The notes under the pieces are model-generated. The model did not search any database, was not told the DNA's origin, and saw nothing but the letters and a program-made list of their open reading frames with translations. This document shows positions 1 through 9,855 of a stretch of DNA of 36,501 bases, piece after piece (position 1 is the first letter of the stretch; each line of letters begins with the position of its first letter). This DNA comes from a virus. Its lineage: Duplodnaviria; Caudoviricetes. The DNA is taken from the IMG/VR virus record IMGVR_UViG_3300017909_000121, positions 1 to 36,501 of that record; one strand, 5' to 3'. The position numbers and the translations under genes were made by a program.

Positions 1-57
1 AAAGGCATAAGTGTCTGCAAGGTTCATACTCTCTGCTTGTATTTTAGATAATGCCAT
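1..57 (-). CDS. 5' fragment (MALSKIQAESMNLADTYAF) of a second copy of the 33914..34522 tail protein gene, cut by the window edge
   Basis: Nucleotides 1-57 are identical to 34466-34522. Confidence 0.85.
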   Translation of the reverse strand, partial: MALSKIQAESMNLADTYAF

Positions 58-141
58 TAGATACCAAATGCCTCCTTAATTTCATCTACTGTTAATCCTA
101 AGTCTTGGAGTTTTTGTTTAGCAGATGCTTTGTTGTTTTCT
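1..141. repeat. Direct repeat A, copy 1 (partner 34466-34606)
   Basis: Manual alignment: identical over 1-131, one mismatch at 132, identical to 141; offset 34465. Confidence 0.95.
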
Positions 142-344
142 TTATCTATTTCTTCTTGTTTTAATTCTTCAATCTTTGCATTGACTTCGGCTTCAGTAGG
201 CATCGTTGCATTATCATCTATTACTTTTACATCACTATATGTCATCTCAGTTTTATTCATTGATGTTTCTTTCCACCCATACCATTGAGGTATAGTTGTG
301 TTGAATTGACATAAAGCTAATTGTAACCAATCTTTTTCAATCAT
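57..344 (-). CDS. Tail-fibre assembly/chaperone-like small protein (allele A)
   Basis: Directly follows a tail-fibre-like gene via a TAATG overlap; PTEAEVNAKIEEL motif and C-terminal KASAKQKLQDLGLTVDEIKEAFGI shared with 34522..34788. Confidence 0.6.
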   Translation of the reverse strand: MIEKDWLQLALCQFNTTIPQWYGWKETSMNKTEMTYSDVKVIDDNATMPTEAEVNAKIEELKQEEIDKENNKASAKQKLQDLGLTVDEIKEAFGI

Positions 345-1198
345 TATGTGTCTCCTAATCTTGTAAACAATACTGATGTAAAATTTGTGCCATTATTTCC
401 ATATACAAAACTTCCTGTACCTTGAGAGGCTATACGAAATTTACATTTATGAGTGCTTGTACTTGTTACATCAAATAAAAATGAACAATAACAAGTTGCT
501 CCTTGTGTTTCTCCACCACCTACACTTGAATCTACTCTTGTTACTGATGCTGAAGAATAAGTGCTATTGTCTGTTGTTGTAAAAATATTAGTTTCCATAG
601 CGTCTGCTGAACCTAAGTTACTTGTAACTTGAAAGTCAATTAACCAAATTCCCGTATTAGGAAATGTAAAAATACCTGAACTCTCTGTCATTCCTGTACC
701 AATATCACCATAGCCGTCACTATTTACTCTTGACCAATTGGAAGTTATATCATAATCACCACCACCTGATGTTGTGTTAGCAGTCATTCTCCATTGGTCT
801 GCTTCGGTAATACCTTGAGTTATAGTAGCACTACCACCTAAAGAAACAGCAGAGCCATTTAAAGTAATAGATGAGTTAGCAAGTTTAGAGTTAGCAATAC
901 TTCCCGCTAACATATCGTTAGTAACAGAACCGACTGCGGGTGTCTTTGTGCCGACTGTCCTTCCTAAAAATAATATCCAACAGCTATCACTAGCAGAGAT
1001 AGTTCCCCCTAGTGTTAATTGATTACTCGATACAGTATAGCTAGATACATTCTGTCTAACATTATTGACAAAGACAGCGACATCTTCCTCATTAGATACA
1101 GAATAATCTAACGTATAAGTAGCACTCCCTGTACCAGTAATCTGTTGGGAAGCAATACTTAGATAAGTATCTGTCGGTTGTACTCCAATATATGCCAT
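344..1198 (-). CDS. Tail fibre / receptor-binding protein (allele A)
   Basis: MAYIG N-terminus, Ser/Thr/Gly-rich beta-type composition; N-half homologous to 34790..35632, C-terminal domain different. Confidence 0.7.
   Translation of the reverse strand: MAYIGVQPTDTYLSIASQQITGTGSATYTLDYSVSNEEDVAVFVNNVRQNVSSYTVSSNQLTLGGTISASDSCWILFLGRTVGTKTPAVGSVTNDMLAGSIANSKLANSSITLNGSAVSLGGSATITQGITEADQWRMTANTTSGGGDYDITSNWSRVNSDGYGDIGTGMTESSGIFTFPNTGIWLIDFQVTSNLGSADAMETNIFTTTDNSTYSSASVTRVDSSVGGGETQGATCYCSFLFDVTSTSTHKCKFRIASQGTGSFVYGNNGTNFTSVLFTRLGDT
826..943. repeat. Direct repeat B, copy 1 (partner 35254-35371)
   Basis: 118 bp, 100% identical by manual alignment; encodes TPAVGSVTNDMLAGSIANSKLANSSITLNGSAVSLGGSA. 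Confidence 0.95.
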
Positions 1199-1533
1199 TA
1201 TGTACTAATTGCGTCTACATAAGATACAAGAACGTCTACTGCACTAGCTGTATCAGCATAGGCTTTAACGACATCTGCACTCTGTATGACAATCTTACTC
1301 CCAGAATCTATAAGTTCTAATGATCCACCTAAAGGTAAAGGTGCATCTTTAATTACAAAATAATCTGTTCCACCAGAACTAATTAAAACAGTTACATTAA
1401 CTGCTGTTGTGTGTTTATTCACACATCTAATAGAAACGATTGCATCATCACTGTTAGATGTAACTAGTGTCGTAGGTGAACCAGATGAGTTTGAGATTGA
1501 ACTTGCGTATGATCTTTCAAAGTCTTGTGCCAT
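1198..1533 (-). CDS. Small tail-associated structural protein (allele A)
   Basis: Lies between tail fibre genes; AGGAG RBS; homologous to 35632..35955 (MAQxF...K.AP.P.GG.L...K.V.QS.D..K..DTAS.VD..VS.VD.IS). Confidence 0.6.
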   Translation of the reverse strand: MAQDFERSYASSISNSSGSPTTLVTSNSDDAIVSIRCVNKHTTAVNVTVLISSGGTDYFVIKDAPLPLGGSLELIDSGSKIVIQSADVVKAYADTASAVDVLVSYVDAIST

Positions 1534-1544
1534 CTATTTCTCCT

Positions 1545-2945
1545 TTATAATGCGATAGACATAGCTGTCGCAAATCCTTTCGTTGCATATGGTGTTAAAT
1601 CCACAGAACTAATAGCGTTCCAGGAAGAACCATCATAATATTTCAATTCATTAGAAGTAGTATTAAAGTATAAATCTCCAGCGTTCAAGGCATCTCCGTC
1701 ATTATCTACTGTCGGATCAGATGCTTTTGCTCCTAAGTATGTATCATCAAAGTTATCAGCAGCTAATTCAGCAGCAGTTTGTGCAGCTTCGGCAGCTGTC
1801 TGAGCTGTTTGTGCAGCTGTTGCAGATGTAGCAGCATTAGTCGCTTGTGTACTTGCAGTTGTCGCAGAGTTTGCTGCATTAGTTTCAGATGTCGCTGCAT
1901 TAGTAGCTGACGTACTTGCTGCACTAGCTTGTGTAGTAGCAGTAGTCGCTGATGAAGCAGCATTGGTAGCTGATGTAGATGCAGCAGAAGCCTGTGTTGT
2001 TGCTGTCGTTGCAGATGATGCCGCAGATGTTGCAGAATTTGCAGCATTTGTTTCGCTTGTAGCCGCATTTGTTGCACTTGTAGAAGCATTACTTGCTTGT
2101 GTAGATGCTGTAGTAGCACTCGTTGCTGCATTTGTTTCTGAAGTAGCAGCATTAGTTTCAGATGTAGCGGCAGCTGTCGCTGAGTTTGCAGCAGCAGTTG
2201 CACTACTTGCAGCAGCAGTAGCTGAAGCAGCAGCGTTTGTTGCAGAAGTCGTTGCTGATGCAGCGTCTACTAATAAATCCCACTTTGCAGAATCTGTATT
2301 AGTTGTTAAAGGTTGTGATCCTGATGATGTATGATTAGTATTTGCTATAAATATATTATTTGTAGAAGTATCTTTAACTATATCTCTTTGTACATATGCA
2401 GTACTAGCTGACCAGTTTCCTTTAAATGTGCCTATTTCTTGTGAAAACTCTAATGCGTTTCCAGCACTATTTACTGTTAGTAGTTTGTTTGCTACTAACT
2501 CTGGGAATGTTAGACCATAAGCTGTACTAGTTGCTGCTTTAGCTTTGACAGTAAAATTAAAATCTCTTTCATTTTGCTGGATCATAGCAACAATTTTGTC
2601 TAACTCAGTATTAAGTGTTTCTATAGGAAAGTTACCAGATACTGGGAAATCTGATGTTCTTGATACAGCTAAGTTTCTAAGGATAGTATATGTGTCATTA
2701 AGAGTAGCACCAGCACCGAGAGTAATAGATCCACCTCCTGATACACCAGCACCAGTAACTGAATATTCTGTTGCAGATGATGGACTAGTAGCTAGTGTTA
2801 GTGTAGTATCTACACCACCAGCATTAGTATTAATAACTAATAGATCATCATCAGCAAAAAACTCAAATGGTACAGTAAATGTAGTCTGTCCAGACGTAGC
2901 TGTATATTGTACTCTAGGTGATGTATCTGATATAGATAGTGCCAT
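1545..2945 (-). CDS. Tail fibre protein: T7 gp17-like N-terminal attachment domain, WSASTAY carbohydrate-binding-like motif, Ala/Ser/Thr heptad stalk
   Basis: N-terminal YTATSGQTTFTVPFEF...LNTELDKIVAMIQQ is typical of podovirus fibre anchors; located after the internal virion genes. Confidence 0.8.
   Translation of the reverse strand: MALSISDTSPRVQYTATSGQTTFTVPFEFFADDDLLVINTNAGGVDTTLTLATSPSSATEYSVTGAGVSGGGSITLGAGATLNDTYTILRNLAVSRTSDFPVSGNFPIETLNTELDKIVAMIQQNERDFNFTVKAKAATSTAYGLTFPELVANKLLTVNSAGNALEFSQEIGTFKGNWSASTAYVQRDIVKDTSTNNIFIANTNHTSSGSQPLTTNTDSAKWDLLVDAASATTSATNAAASATAAASSATAAANSATAAATSETNAATSETNAATSATTASTQASNASTSATNAATSETNAANSATSAASSATTATTQASAASTSATNAASSATTATTQASAASTSATNAATSETNAANSATTASTQATNAATSATAAQTAQTAAEAAQTAAELAADNFDDTYLGAKASDPTVDNDGDALNAGDLYFNTTSNELKYYDGSSWNAISSVDLTPYATKGFATAMSIAL
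1765..2270 (-). repeat. Degenerate 21-bp (7-aa) coding tandem repeat, e.g. TNAATSE/TNAASSA
   Basis: Seven-residue periodicity is visible in the translation. Confidence 0.85.
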
Positions 2946-2951
2946 GATTTA

Positions 2952-5900
2952 CTAATATAGTCCTTTCTCTATTTTATCAAATAAAAAATCTGCGTACCAA
3001 AGATTGTTGTAAGGTATCATTCTTCTTAATCTTCTAGCTGTATGATGGTTATGTCTACCTCTACCCCAATCATATAAAATCTCATATATATTACCTATTG
3101 TTGATCCTATTGGTGCTATAGATCCCATTTTTCTTTTCATAGATGTACCATAAGGTCTTTGTATACCTAATAAAGTAGGTCTAACACCTATTTTATTATC
3201 AGATAAAGCCATAATAATTCTATCAATATCTGTAAACATACCCCCTACACCACCTCTTTCTGCACCATCTAATACCTTTTCTCTTAATGTTTTATTTTTA
3301 TATTGTGCATTAGTTTGTTTTGCTCTAATAGCATCTATCATCATTCCTATAGCAGTTAATGCAGCTAAACCTTCTAAAAATCTACCATCTTCCATCTGCA
3401 TCCCTCTATATAAAACCCTTCTAGTGTAGCCTAGTCCAAACTTTTTATATTGAAATAACACCGATCCAGCTACAGTATTAGCAAATAATGGTGCATCTGA
3501 TAAACCTGGAGTAACAATTACATTATCTACTTCTTTATTTAAAGCTGCTCTAAACTTCATAGTTGCATCTCCATTTTCCCATAAATCAGTATTAGGAAAC
3601 TTTAATTGATCATGTTCTTTTGAAAATACACCTTTATCAGTATTTTTGCCTTGACCATGTTTTTTATAGTTTTTTAAAATATCATCTAAAATCTTTAAAT
3701 CTGTTTTTGTTGCACTACCTAAACCAAGATTAGCTATATATTCTATTTCCCATTGTTTAGCTTTTCCTTTTGATAATCTTTCTATTATGTCTAATAGTTT
3801 TGTATTTACTAAAACTGTTGCAGTAACTTTAATAAAAGCGTTCCAAGGGCTTTGTAAATTTCCATATCTAAATGCTAAAGTATTAAGTTGTTGAAATACT
3901 TTTTCTGTACCAGTAAAACTACTTCTTAGTGTATCATTACCAGATATAATATCTGCTCTAACAGAACCAATACTCATATCTATAGCTTGAAATGATAACT
4001 TAGCTTCTTTAAAACCTTTATCAAAAATAGCTCTACCTAAACCATTAGAAAATGCTTCTAATAATTTAGATGATGTACCCATTAATCCATCTACAGTTAT
4101 AATTCTACCAATATCAGCTATTTGTGTAATACCAGTAAGCATTGAAATATTGTGAAATATTTTAATCATTGTTGCTGTTTTAAAATAATAACCATTTGGA
4201 TTATCAGGTAATCCATACTTATTTTTTACTAAAGATACTATTGCTTCAGCTTTTTCCATTTCAATATTAAATCTTTTTACAAATTCTTCTTGTCGCAAAC
4301 CATAATAATTAGATCCTTGTTTTTGTAATTCATCTCCTATTTGTATCATACCTGGAGCAAATCCTGTTTTTCCACCATCATAAAACCAACCAAAACCATA
4401 TGGATCTCCAAACTTTTCTGTCATAGCTATATCTGGAGCTATAGATCTAAAATAATGCGACATAGTTATTTCTAAATTATCTTCTATAAAACCAGCTCTA
4501 TATAAAGGTTTGTAATCAATATCTTTTAAATATCTTGTTTTTAAATGTTTAGAAAAATATCCACCTTTTAATTGATATAACATACCAGGCTTTACATTTT
4601 TTGGTCTAATAGGTGCAGCATCTGGACTATAGTTTTTAAAATTACTGACTATGTCCATAATCTCATCAGTAGTAAATAATGCAGCACCAGTTTTGTTGTC
4701 TTTAGCTAACGCCATCTGTTTAGCTAATAAACTAGAAAATTCTTCCCACCTTGTAGATATTTGATCATATTTATAATTTACTGGAACATAAAACTGATCA
4801 TCTAATTGTTTTGCTAATTTAATATCTAGTTCTACAGCAGCAATATATTTATCTGCTTCTGCTTTTGTCCATTCTTCTCCTGTGTTTGGATTTTTATAAA
4901 CTTTGTTTTTAGGGTTAGAAAAATAAGTTTTTAAAAATTGTGCAAATTCTTCTTTTTTAATAATTGGTATCATATACATACCTAATTTATTTATTCTTTT
5001 TCTTATAGGGTTAAAATATTTATCACCTACATACTGTTGTGCATATGCAGCTATTTCTGGTATATCATGTTTATTACCATTTAATCTTGCATATGTTGCT
5101 TCTCTAAATACTTCTTCTGGAGTAAACACTCCTTTAAACTTTAATGAAGAAAAACCTTTCCAATTCATAATCTTAGCAATACCTTCTCTTTCTTTACCTT
5201 GAAGTTTTGCTGTTATTCTTTGTGCTACTTTGTAACCTTCATCAAGTACTTCTATTAAATTAGGACCAAATACTAAATTACGCATTTGTTCTACTGTATC
5301 AGGACTAGCTATTCCATCTTTATTATATTTATATAACAATGGACTATTAAATAGATTCATAGCAAACAGTTTTCCTGTTTTGCTTCCTGAGTGTATAAAA
5401 AAATCTAAAGGTGATAAAACTTGTGTAGCTTTTGTTAAACCAGATACAAAAGCACTTCTTAAATTATCATTTTTATATGTGATATCATTCCACTTCATTT
5501 CTTGGAATAGTTCACTTTGAAACTTTCCATAGTTATATGTTTCTTGATCTAAAACTTTATAATCATCAAGCATACTAGAACCAACTCTTTGGACATCTTT
5601 TCTATTATCTAATATTTGTTGGTATGCTATTTTATTTATTCTGTTTTCATAAGCTGCTCTAGTTTCACCTTTTCTTCTTCTATATGTTTTATGTGCAAAC
5701 TCATGTCTTAATACAAAATCAACCCATTCATTAATATCTCTAAAGTCTTTCTTTTTAAATGGAATGATCTTTTCACCATCAATAGTATTAATTTTAAATG
5801 GTCTACCATCTTTCCACATTTGTTTAATACCATCTATATCTAGTACCATTTCATCTTTATATTTATTGTAATATGCTGGTATGTATTTACCTCCAACCAT

Positions 5901-6788
5901 TTTACCTGACTTACCACCTAAAACTATTTTCATAGTAGGGTATTGATTTTGAAAAACTTTTAATAAATCAGTTACATTTTTAGGCATACCTGGTTTTACA
6001 GTTGTTTTATATAATGATTGATTTTGTAATAATAACTGTCTTGTTGTTGTACCAGCTTCTGTTTTTGTAACATCAGCTAAATCATCTATATCTATAATTA
6101 CTCCTCTATCATTTGAAGGATCATATTTATATTTGTTATATCTTTTATCGTATTTACTAAGCATTGGACTTAACTTATGTAAAGCTCCACCGATTGCTGT
6201 CATTACTACTGCATCAACATATGTTCTATCTCTGTCAGCAACTTGCTTTGCTCCTTCTTCTGCTATCATTAATTTACCAATATTAGAAAACTTGTTTGGA
6301 TTATTACCCATAACTGCAAATCTTAATGGTTTACTTAATAATAATAATGATGAAGGATCTAATAATATTTCACTAACTAATCTTGTAGCTGCAAAGTATG
6401 GATTTTTATAATCATCTGCCTTTTGTATTAAAGCTGATAATCTAAATGCAGATTCTTGTGGCGATCTAGAATCAAAAAACTTTTCTGGAAACTGTTCTAT
6501 ATATCCATCTAATTGTGGATCAGTAAATGCTGAGTATTCTCCAGTAGCTTCATCATTATACTTAGAATAGTTTAAAATATTTGGAATAATTCCAAGCACA
6601 CTTCTATCTGAAACAGCCCTCCACATCATGCTAGGATTTGAAAAGAAATCTTGTGCTTTTTGAATATCCTGACCTATGTCATATTCATTAAATCTATTTT
6701 TAACTATGTCAGGTTTTTTTACAAAACTAGGATGATCTTTGGTTACAATACCACTATCACCAAACTTTATTTTTTTAAGGTTACTCAT
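2952..6788 (-). CDS. Large internal virion (ejection) protein, T7 gp16 position, with an HExxH zincin-like motif
   Basis: 1278 aa; synteny between nozzle/IVP genes and tail fibre; FVLRHEFAH (HEFAH at 5691-5705). Confidence 0.65.
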   Translation of the reverse strand: MSNLKKIKFGDSGIVTKDHPSFVKKPDIVKNRFNEYDIGQDIQKAQDFFSNPSMMWRAVSDRSVLGIIPNILNYSKYNDEATGEYSAFTDPQLDGYIEQFPEKFFDSRSPQESAFRLSALIQKADDYKNPYFAATRLVSEILLDPSSLLLLSKPLRFAVMGNNPNKFSNIGKLMIAEEGAKQVADRDRTYVDAVVMTAIGGALHKLSPMLSKYDKRYNKYKYDPSNDRGVIIDIDDLADVTKTEAGTTTRQLLLQNQSLYKTTVKPGMPKNVTDLLKVFQNQYPTMKIVLGGKSGKMVGGKYIPAYYNKYKDEMVLDIDGIKQMWKDGRPFKINTIDGEKIIPFKKKDFRDINEWVDFVLRHEFAHKTYRRRKGETRAAYENRINKIAYQQILDNRKDVQRVGSSMLDDYKVLDQETYNYGKFQSELFQEMKWNDITYKNDNLRSAFVSGLTKATQVLSPLDFFIHSGSKTGKLFAMNLFNSPLLYKYNKDGIASPDTVEQMRNLVFGPNLIEVLDEGYKVAQRITAKLQGKEREGIAKIMNWKGFSSLKFKGVFTPEEVFREATYARLNGNKHDIPEIAAYAQQYVGDKYFNPIRKRINKLGMYMIPIIKKEEFAQFLKTYFSNPKNKVYKNPNTGEEWTKAEADKYIAAVELDIKLAKQLDDQFYVPVNYKYDQISTRWEEFSSLLAKQMALAKDNKTGAALFTTDEIMDIVSNFKNYSPDAAPIRPKNVKPGMLYQLKGGYFSKHLKTRYLKDIDYKPLYRAGFIEDNLEITMSHYFRSIAPDIAMTEKFGDPYGFGWFYDGGKTGFAPGMIQIGDELQKQGSNYYGLRQEEFVKRFNIEMEKAEAIVSLVKNKYGLPDNPNGYYFKTATMIKIFHNISMLTGITQIADIGRIITVDGLMGTSSKLLEAFSNGLGRAIFDKGFKEAKLSFQAIDMSIGSVRADIISGNDTLRSSFTGTEKVFQQLNTLAFRYGNLQSPWNAFIKVTATVLVNTKLLDIIERLSKGKAKQWEIEYIANLGLGSATKTDLKILDDILKNYKKHGQGKNTDKGVFSKEHDQLKFPNTDLWENGDATMKFRAALNKEVDNVIVTPGLSDAPLFANTVAGSVLFQYKKFGLGYTRRVLYRGMQMEDGRFLEGLAALTAIGMMIDAIRAKQTNAQYKNKTLREKVLDGAERGGVGGMFTDIDRIIMALSDNKIGVRPTLLGIQRPYGTSMKRKMGSIAPIGSTIGNIYEILYDWGRGRHNHHTARRLRRMIPYNNLWYADFLFDKIEKGLY

Positions 6789-9700
6789 TTACCTTGAAAA
6801 TGTCTGGTTTAAAGAAAAAGTCAAAATATGAATCAATATTAGGATTGTTATATAATGCTTTAAAGAAATCTTTATCCCCACTTTCAACAGCATTAAATAA
6901 TGCTTCTTTATCTATATTTGGATTATCTAAAAGAACTCTTGATAAAAATGCTTTTGTAATTCCACTTTGATTAAAATACTGTTCATTAACATAATCAAAT
7001 GTTTTTGTAGTTAATTCTTCACTATATGGAACAGGAACTGTTTCTAATAATTCATTCATTCCATTATTTATTTCTTTAAATAATTCTATTCTATCTTCTT
7101 TTGTATTAAATTCAGATGTTTTATAAGTATTTTGAAATGTATTATATTTATAAAATGAATCATCTTCATATAGTTGTTGATATAGTTTAGCCATATTTGC
7201 TTCTACATTTAAATCTCCAAACTTATCTTGCGACCAGATTACTATTGGTGCAATAAATCTTTCTTCTATGCTATCTAAAAATCCAGCTTGTCCATATTCT
7301 CTTGAAAACTCTTGTTCATATCTATTAATTAAATTTGATTTTGTTAATAAACCTCCTCCTGTATAAATAGTTGGATTAAAAGGTCTACCATCAAAAGTAA
7401 TTTTATTTAATCTATCAAAATTATCTGGTTCTAAATAACCAGTTCCACTATTAGAAACAACTACATCATAGTTTGCCATTGTTCCTGATCCCCCATCTTC
7501 TCTATATACTAAATATATATTACCACTTTCTATTAGCTCTATAACTTTTTCTATTGTAGGTAACTCTACTGTTTCGTTAGGTAAGGTAAATTGATCTTGT
7601 ACAACTTCAAATAATTCATGATTAGGATCTTGCAATATTCTAGATAAATTATTGTATGTATATGCAGCCATAGCTAATTTAATATCTGTATTTTCTAAAC
7701 TTTTATGTTCTTTTTCTACTGGCATATATCTATAAGAAGTGCCAGGCACATTGTCCATAAACTCTGTATTACCAAAATGTGCTTTATCCATACCATTAAA
7801 CGCATACATAATTGATCTTTCAAATCTTATTTTCTTTTGATTATCATCATCAAATTCTTCTGATAAATATCCAAAATACTCTTGTGTTTTTTGTGATATC
7901 AATGCTTCTACATATGGTTGATTTTTGTCAAAATATTCTTTTAGTGCAAATTTAGCAGCTGCTTCATCTCTAGGAAGAACTGCACCAAATAATTTATAAC
8001 TATATACTCCTTTATCTGTACTTGCTGCTGGTTCACCTTCTGCTGTATAATTAACTTTCCACATTTCAAGCATAGCATTTACAAAATATTCTTTTTCATT
8101 ACCTATAACAAACTCTTGTATGTAATCTTGATTACTACTGTTTATTGCATTTTGTACTTCTTTACTTCTTTCTGATTTCTTTTTCATCATTTGTGAAATA
8201 ATACTTAACGGAATACCTTCTGCTCTGTATTCACTAGCTACTGAATAAAATTTCCATACATCATCAGACATACCTTTAGGTTGTACAAATCCACCAGCAG
8301 TAACAAAATCAAATGTAGGTAGTTTTTTATTTAATTGTTCAGTAATATTGTCAGTTTCCATTTGCAATATTTGAACTGGTCCTAAAGATGCAAACCAATT
8401 TTGATAACCTTTTGGTATATAATTTTCATATTGAAATACTTTAGATAATGTTTCTAATTCGTTTTCAGGCAAAGTATTATAAAATTCAACTGTATCTGTA
8501 TAACCAAAATTACTAAAGATTGTATTATAATATCCATCCATAATAACTTCTTTACCACCCATAGCTGTAATTTGTTCATCACTTAACATTTGATCTACTA
8601 AAAAACTAACTTTAGTTTCAGGATCTTGAAATTGACCATCTATTAATTTACCAGCACCTAAGTTATATAACTTACGAGTTTTATATTTTGCTTCATTTAA
8701 ATTTACTAACTTTTGTATTTTTGCATCTGTAACTTTAACATCTTGTAATTCAAAAAAACTTTTCATTTCATTAAAGTTTAATGGTTTAGTATAATTTTGA
8801 CCTGGTGGACCTTCTGTAGTAACAAATAAATCATACTGACCACTAAATGTGTTTAGCTGTCCTAGTTGTTTTTCTATTGTATTTACTAAACTGTAATCAG
8901 TTACTGCACTTGAACCATCTTCTTTTGTTTTTTTAACAAGATTATTATTTTGTATTTTTGCTAAGTATTGATTGTTTGCAGTAATAACTTTATTCATTAT
9001 TTCTTCACCAACCTTAACTCCAGTAGCATCTTCAAAAACATCAAAGTTTACTCCACGAGTATTATTCTTATTTAAGATATAATCATTTTGCCAATTAGCA
9101 TGAGCTAGGTTTGCTGCTGCCATTTCATCTGGATTTTGTACATCAACATTCTGATAAAATGCTGCTGTAATAGCATTAACTCTAGCAATTTCTACTTGTT
9201 CTAATATTGCTAGTTCTTTTAACTTAAGATCAGCTCCATTCATAGAACCACCACTAAATGGTTCTAGAGCTTCATATCTTCCTTTTAATGAACCTAATGC
9301 TTTTGTTAATACTGTTCCACTATACTCATGAATTAAACTTAATGCTTCTGTTGGTGATGATGCTGTTCTAGCTATATTAAAGAAGTTATACTCTGCATCT
9401 TGTATAATATTATTATACCATACATCAAATTTATCTTTGTTTTCATTAAATGTTATAGTGTTACTTTGTTCTCTTAATACTTCAAAACTTGATATAAACT
9501 TTTGTTGAAAATATGAATTAGCTGCAATCTTTAATCTTTCAGGAGCATTAGCTAATACAGAATCATTATATGCGTTCATTTCTGTAGTAAATTGTTCAAG
9601 GTTAGGATTTTCTCCTGACATAATAATATTGTTTACTTTTTCATTTACATACATTCCTGTATTAAATTCGTAATCATTCATCCAATTTGCATCATAAAGT

Positions 9701-9855
9701 TTTGCTTGTGCTTCACTAAATGTATTTAAACTATCTGCTATTTTATTTGTTATATTAGAAATACTAGGTACGCTAACATCTACTACACCCATTCTTGCAG
9801 CAGTAGATGATGGTGATACTGTTTGTGTTGGTTGTATTTTTGTTATTTTAACCAC
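6781..9855 (-). CDS. Internal virion (ejection) protein, T7 gp15 position
   Basis: 1024 aa, helical composition; called from synteny only. Confidence 0.55.
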   Translation of the reverse strand: MVKITKIQPTQTVSPSSTAARMGVVDVSVPSISNITNKIADSLNTFSEAQAKLYDANWMNDYEFNTGMYVNEKVNNIIMSGENPNLEQFTTEMNAYNDSVLANAPERLKIAANSYFQQKFISSFEVLREQSNTITFNENKDKFDVWYNNIIQDAEYNFFNIARTASSPTEALSLIHEYSGTVLTKALGSLKGRYEALEPFSGGSMNGADLKLKELAILEQVEIARVNAITAAFYQNVDVQNPDEMAAANLAHANWQNDYILNKNNTRGVNFDVFEDATGVKVGEEIMNKVITANNQYLAKIQNNNLVKKTKEDGSSAVTDYSLVNTIEKQLGQLNTFSGQYDLFVTTEGPPGQNYTKPLNFNEMKSFFELQDVKVTDAKIQKLVNLNEAKYKTRKLYNLGAGKLIDGQFQDPETKVSFLVDQMLSDEQITAMGGKEVIMDGYYNTIFSNFGYTDTVEFYNTLPENELETLSKVFQYENYIPKGYQNWFASLGPVQILQMETDNITEQLNKKLPTFDFVTAGGFVQPKGMSDDVWKFYSVASEYRAEGIPLSIISQMMKKKSERSKEVQNAINSSNQDYIQEFVIGNEKEYFVNAMLEMWKVNYTAEGEPAASTDKGVYSYKLFGAVLPRDEAAAKFALKEYFDKNQPYVEALISQKTQEYFGYLSEEFDDDNQKKIRFERSIMYAFNGMDKAHFGNTEFMDNVPGTSYRYMPVEKEHKSLENTDIKLAMAAYTYNNLSRILQDPNHELFEVVQDQFTLPNETVELPTIEKVIELIESGNIYLVYREDGGSGTMANYDVVVSNSGTGYLEPDNFDRLNKITFDGRPFNPTIYTGGGLLTKSNLINRYEQEFSREYGQAGFLDSIEERFIAPIVIWSQDKFGDLNVEANMAKLYQQLYEDDSFYKYNTFQNTYKTSEFNTKEDRIELFKEINNGMNELLETVPVPYSEELTTKTFDYVNEQYFNQSGITKAFLSRVLLDNPNIDKEALFNAVESGDKDFFKALYNNPNIDSYFDFFFKPDIFKVNE

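Noticed and set aside
1-141. Genuine T7-type direct terminal repeat
   Set aside because: The second copy lies about 1.9 kb inside the right end and within coding sequence
826-943. Diversity-generating retroelement template/variable repeat pair
   Set aside because: The copies are identical rather than adenine-mutated, and there is no reverse transcriptase or Avd gene
1-943. Invertase-driven tail-fibre shufflon
   Set aside because: The repeats are direct and ~34 kb apart, and no serine or tyrosine recombinase is recognisable
1765-2270. CRISPR-like array
   Set aside because: The repeats are degenerate in-frame codon repeats without unique spacers
1763-2334. ORFs 1763..2203, 1963..2334, 36126..36467 and 36199..36396
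   Set aside because: Shadow frames produced by the stop-poor Ala/Ser/Thr repeat of the tail fibre
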